Source: Vulcanimicrobiota bacterium
Lineage (GTDB): Bacteria > Vulcanimicrobiota > Vulcanimicrobiia > Vulcanimicrobiales > Vulcanimicrobiaceae
Direction of reading: 5' to 3'
NCBI GenBank assembly: GCA_963714015.1
Contig: OY970223.1
Coordinates: forward strand, 2,176,001-2,240,000
DNA length: 64,000 nucleotides
The stretch's first letter is position 1. Every line of letters begins with the position of its first letter. Position numbers and translations under genes: made by a program. Below are positions 59,574 to 64,000 of this stretch, in pieces. The notes beneath the pieces are model-generated. The model worked only from the letters and a program-made list of their open reading frames with translations. It was not told the origin of the DNA and did not search any database.

Positions 59574-61286
59574 CTAGGGAATGAACTGCTTCGGCAAGCC
59601 GGCGAATCCGCGCGGCTGTACCCCGGCGTGGGGAACGCGCTCCGGCGCGATTTTCAAAGCAGCGCAGCTCATCGCCGCCGGAAACACGTTCACGACGCGA
59701 TCGGGAACGATCGCACGATCCGCAGGGATAGCGGGACGAACACCGGCAAGACGCAACGGATCGAAACCTGAGGTGAGATCGGACAGCCGTGGGTTAGTGT
59801 CGCGCGGGCCTTCGGGCATGTACGGCTTCTCATCCGGAAGCGACGCCAGCGCGGGCAGATCGAACACCGTCTCGATAAACCGCACAACGGATGAGGTGTC
59901 ACCGAGGTCGTGCACGATCGCACTCGACTTTGAGTAAGGCGAAATGAGAATAAGCGGTACGCGGGGACCGTCGCCGCATGGGTGCCCGTCCCAACACCGT
60001 TCGAACCGGGGCGGCGGTGCATGATCGTAGAAACCGCCGCTGTCGTCCCAAGTAATGACGATGGCCGAATCCTTCCAATAGCGGCTTCGCGCGATCGCGT
60101 TGACGAATGTTGCGACGAACGATTCGGCAACCTGCCGATCCGAATCCCCCGTGCCGGGGTGATCGTCGTCGCCTAGGAAGTTCCGCTGTATGAACGGCGA
60201 TCTGTTCGCGGGGCGCCATCCGAAGCGGTTTTGGTTTCCCCCTTTGATGTAGAAGACACCGCGATCCGGAAGCCTTCCCTCGCGAATCGCCGGTATCAGC
60301 GCGCCAAGCGGCGCAACGTGACTCCAAAATACGTCGTTGTGGCGCATGTACGCGAAATATTGCACCGCATTATGATGCGCGGAGTAGCCGGGAAGCGCCG
60401 CATTCGACGGGCCGTTGTACCCTTCTTGGAACCACCCCCACGGAACGGGCGCTCGCGCGTTGCGTCCTACTAGGGACAAATCTCTGCGCACGCCTGCCGT
60501 GTCGTTCGTTGCCAAGACGTCCTTGCGGCCGTTGAGGGTCAGCATTACCGTAGCATACCGCTGCGGAACTTGCAGATGTTTCTTCGCTGCATCTGCCGCG
60601 TACGGACCGTATGGCGGATCCATGCTGTTCTCGACCGGCACGCCTGCACCCGACCCCGAGCCGCGCACGATTTCCGACGGATCGCGTGCGGCCTGCGTTT
60701 GCCCGGACTGTGCGGCGATGATCTCGATGTTACCCGGCGTTGAGGGCGCCGTCATGGCTTGAAAAAAGTGATCGTAAAGCGCGAAGTTGCCGGCGTATTT
60801 CCAGAGAAACGGTATGGTTGCACAGTCGTAGTAACTCATCGTCAACTCACCAAGCCTGCGTCGATCGTCCCGCCCATATCCGTCTTTCGCTGACGACGCC
60901 TCCTGTACGGTAAGGAAATGGTCCATCTTTCCGCCGTCCATCTTCGAAAGCAGTGCGGCACGAGAGTGGTCCGGACTTTCGACGTCCGGGTCCGCGATGC
61001 GAAACGGAGTGACCCACGTCTTTCCGATCGGATCCCACTGACGGAATCCGTGCAAGGCGGCGGAAACGCCGCCCAGATTGTCTGCCCCGGGAAACGATCC
61101 GAAATAGTGGTCGAACGACTCATTTTCCTGGTAAATGATGAAGACGTGTTTGACGTGCGCGCGCAGCAACACTACTAAGGCTGCTTGCGACGTGGCTGTC
61201 GACGCGCGCACCGATGCATGCGGCGCTATCGCGCAAGCAGCCACCGCGGCAGCGAGCGTACAGAGTGTCTTGTTCAGCATCCTCAT
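59574..61286 (-). CDS. Secreted phosphoesterase / phospholipase C family protein
   Basis: Signal peptide, QENESFDHYFG, LYDHFF, DDHP, TWDDSGGFYDH, GPRVP..ISPY. Confidence 0.88.
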   Translation of the reverse strand: MRMLNKTLCTLAAAVAACAIAPHASVRASTATSQAALVVLLRAHVKHVFIIYQENESFDHYFGSFPGADNLGGVSAALHGFRQWDPIGKTWVTPFRIADPDVESPDHSRAALLSKMDGGKMDHFLTVQEASSAKDGYGRDDRRRLGELTMSYYDCATIPFLWKYAGNFALYDHFFQAMTAPSTPGNIEIIAAQSGQTQAARDPSEIVRGSGSGAGVPVENSMDPPYGPYAADAAKKHLQVPQRYATVMLTLNGRKDVLATNDTAGVRRDLSLVGRNARAPVPWGWFQEGYNGPSNAALPGYSAHHNAVQYFAYMRHNDVFWSHVAPLGALIPAIREGRLPDRGVFYIKGGNQNRFGWRPANRSPFIQRNFLGDDDHPGTGDSDRQVAESFVATFVNAIARSRYWKDSAIVITWDDSGGFYDHAPPPRFERCWDGHPCGDGPRVPLILISPYSKSSAIVHDLGDTSSVVRFIETVFDLPALASLPDEKPYMPEGPRDTNPRLSDLTSGFDPLRLAGVRPAIPADRAIVPDRVVNVFPAAMSCAALKIAPERVPHAGVQPRGFAGLPKQFIP

Positions 61287-62691
61287 TGCAGTGGGCCGGA
61301 GGCGGCAACGCTGACCGTCTGAACGTTCGCGAATTCGTGCATTCCGAACTGCCCGAGCTCGCGCCCGTATCCGCTTTTCTTGACGCCGCCGAACGGCAAA
61401 CGCGGATCCGAGGCAGTCATGCCGTTGATGAAGACGAGGCCCGACTCGAGCTTCGCGGCGATCATTTCCGCGCGGCCGAGGTCGCGGGTCCAGATGCTGT
61501 TGCCGAGGCCGAACGGGGATGCGTTCGCGAGTTCGACGGCTGCATCCGCGCCGGACGCGTGGATGATTGCGGCTGCGGGACCGAACGTTTCCTCGTCAAA
61601 TGCCGCCATGCCCGGGCGGACGTCGCTCAAGATCGTCGGCTCGAAAAAATTGCCGGGCCGCTCGATGCGCCGGCCGCCTAAAATGGCCCGCGCGCCCGAC
61701 TCCAAGGTTGTCTTTATCTGGCGCTGCAAATCGTCGAGCAAGTCCGCTCTGGCCAGCGGTCCCATCGTCGTGCTGCGATCCATCGGATCGCCTACCACGA
61801 TGTCGCGCGCGTGTCCGACGAAAAAATCGCAAAATTCTTCATAAACGGGCGATTCCACGATGAACCGCTTAGCCGCTATGCAGACTTTGTCCGCAGTTTT
61901 GAAAGCGCGCCCGGACTGCGACCTGCGCGGCGGCTTCAACGTCCGCATCGGCCAGCACGACGAAAGCATCGGAACCGCCCAGTTCCAATACAATTTTTTT
62001 TAGATGTTTACCGGCGATCGAGGCAACGGCAGAGCCCGCAGCTTCGCTCCCCGTTAAGGTCACAGCTGCGATTCGCTTGTCCGCGACGACGCTTTCGACT
62101 TGAGTAGAACGAATCACGAGTGTCGTAAAGATTCCCGGCGGAAATCCCGATTCAAGAAATGCGTTCTGAAGATCGATGGCGCAGCCTGTGACGTTAGCGG
62201 CGTGTTTCAGAACGGCGGCATTGCCTGCAGTCACTGCCGGGACCGCGAAGCGAACGACTTGAAAGAACGGAAAATTCCACGGCATGACGGCGAGCACCAC
62301 GCCTAGCGGCCTGAACGCGGCGTAGTCTGCGAAGCGTGTGGGTTTGTACGTCCCTGCGTGCCAAATGCTCCGGCGCGTTCTCGGCATAGTAGTCGCACGC
62401 CCAGGCGCACTTTTCAACCTCCGCTTCGGCTTCGGCGACAGTCTTCCCCATCTCGAGCACGATCGTCCGCGCATAACCTGCGGCTTTAGTGCGAAAGTGC
62501 GCGGCCAGGCTGCGCAGGAGTTCGCACCGGTGCTCTAGCGGGGTCTCCCGCCACAGTAAGAACGCGCGGTGCGCCTCGCCGAGCCGAGCGTCGATCTGCT
62601 CGCCGCTGAAGACCTCGTAGCGCCCGGCCGTTTCTCCGGTAGCCGGGTTTTCGGTTACGATGCAATCTACGGAATCAATTGCGGCGGTCAT
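61283..62691 (-). CDS. sad: NAD(P)-dependent succinate-semialdehyde dehydrogenase (frameshifts near 62326 and 61884)
   Basis: NPATGE, MPWNFP, LKHA, TGSE.AG, LELGGSD, NCGQSC (repaired), EETFGP, PFGGVKKSGYGRELG. Confidence 0.88.
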
Positions 62692-62711
62692 GAAGATTCC
62701 TCGCGTTGAGC

Positions 62712-64000
62712 TCAGATGCGCTGTGTTACCGAGAACGTAAACGACATGGGAGCGAGGCCGAAGCGCTCGGTGCCTTGTTGCAGCGAGTTGGCGTCGGTTC
62801 CGAACTGGTTCTCCGCTTGGAATAGGCCCCAACCGATGCGTCCGTAGTTGTCGGTTGCAGCACTGAAGAGATTCGAGATTCCCAGATTCAGTGACGTTCG
62901 ATCCGTGAGCCGTGCATTGAAAAACGCGTCCGTTTCCCCAAAGGCGGGTCGATTGTAGGCGTTGTAGTTGTCGTAATGCGTGTAGTCGAGATAGACCTCT
63001 TCACCGTGCGTATTGGTCAAATCCAAGGCGATACCGTACGTATGCAGCGGGATGTTGGGCAACTGTGCGCCGTTGATGAGTGTGGGGTTCGCCATGAGAA
63101 TGCTGTCCGGCATATCGAACACGACAGCGGACTGGACGTTGTAATAAGCATCTACGGCGAGTTGCGGCGTGGCGCGCAGGCGCGTGCTGAGCTCATAGCC
63201 GCGCGCTCGTGACGTTGCGAGGTTTACGTTGGTGGCAACCGTCAGATTTGCGATTGTCGGCGCGGGATTCGGCGAGGAAAGGTTTGGGCAGATGGACGAA
63301 ATGTGGCTATACACGCCGGTTAGGTATGACGGCCCGTAGAGCTGATTGATCGTTCCGACGAACGGTGCTGCCGGTAAGTCGGCTTCGAAGATCGTATTCG
63401 TTTCATTCGTATCGTACGCCGTAAACTGCACCGTATCGTCGGTCCCGAACCGGTGACCCAGCGAAGCTTCGATGTCCTTCGCTTTTTCAGGCAGCTCGCC
63501 CGGTGTCGGCAACGACCCAAGTGAGAACAACTGGCAGTTCCCCGGATTTATTCCGCCGGCGCCGGTCAGCTCAAACGCGATCGGTGCCGGATCGGCCGAC
63601 GACGCGCCGCCCGTTAGGCGCACCACGTCGCGCGGCGTGGGCCTGTAAACGACCGACAGTCGAGGGTCGAAGGAGCTGCCGCCGATGAGCGAGTGTTTGA
63701 ACCATGCGTTGGTGAAATACGATACCCGTTGTGACGGCGTAAATGCATCGCGCACGAAGAAGTCTGTCCAGTTTGGAGTACAAGGCACTCGTGGGGATGA
63801 GGCCCGTCGCACCGCTTATCTGATCTCCGTTGGTGTATTGGCGCTGGCTGTAAAACCCGAAGCCGAGGTCGTTCTTGTCACTGGCGATGTCGTCGCTGAC
63901 CAGAGTTCCGTACGTCCGAAAAATACGGGTCAGAACGGACAAATCGCCGTTGAGGTTCGACGCGGGGCGCTCGCGGTCTTGACCGTAGTTGTCGACGAAT
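62712..64000 (-). CDS. TonB-dependent receptor, C-terminal part (continues beyond window; frameshift near 63763)
   Basis: FDPRLSVVY, LPEKA.D.E, ARGYEL, ISNLF, terminal FTFSVTQRI beta-strand. Confidence 0.85.

Noticed and set aside
14470..63765. Programmed frameshifting or mass pseudogenisation
   Set aside because: The indels lack slippery heptamers, hit unrelated genes, are not accompanied by in-frame stops or decay, and cluster at AGCT, so sequencing error is more likely.

Overview
GC-rich, gene-dense bacterial chromosomal window with about 48 protein-coding genes. I saw no rRNA, tRNA, CRISPR array, integrase or transposase. It carries four TonB-dependent receptors (TBDRs) and many Cys-lipobox secreted proteins, so the organism is a diderm; the protein styles suggest an Eremiobacterota/Vulcanimicrobiota-like soil bacterium (inference only). 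Main blocks: (1) HD-GYP, ankyrin, OmpR-type two-component system, APC permease, two lipoproteins and a TBDR with an unusual C-terminal tandem domain; (2) AAA/LuxR regulator, TBDR, peptide-binding protein, class-3 asparaginase and cyanophycinase-like S51 peptidase; (3) aminobenzoyl/salicylyl-CoA (abm-like) catabolic genes split into three pieces; (4) a ROK repressor divergent from a TBDR, lipoprotein, CBM32-containing clan GH-A hydrolase and SIS deaminase operon. A 23-bp candidate operator from block 4 recurs (21/23) in front of a distant APC permease, and the block is my best candidate for an undescribed system: a chitosan/glucosamine-polymer utilisation regulon. (5) three related surface lipoproteins; (6) a minus-strand TBDR, SSADH, phosphoesterase, EamA, DUF3311/SSS and RidA run. 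About 18 single-base frameshifts interrupt otherwise intact genes and 14 fall in or next to AGCT. This most likely reflects long-read basecalling error at a methylated AGCT motif rather than pseudogenes. All product calls come from motif recognition by eye; no database searches were run.
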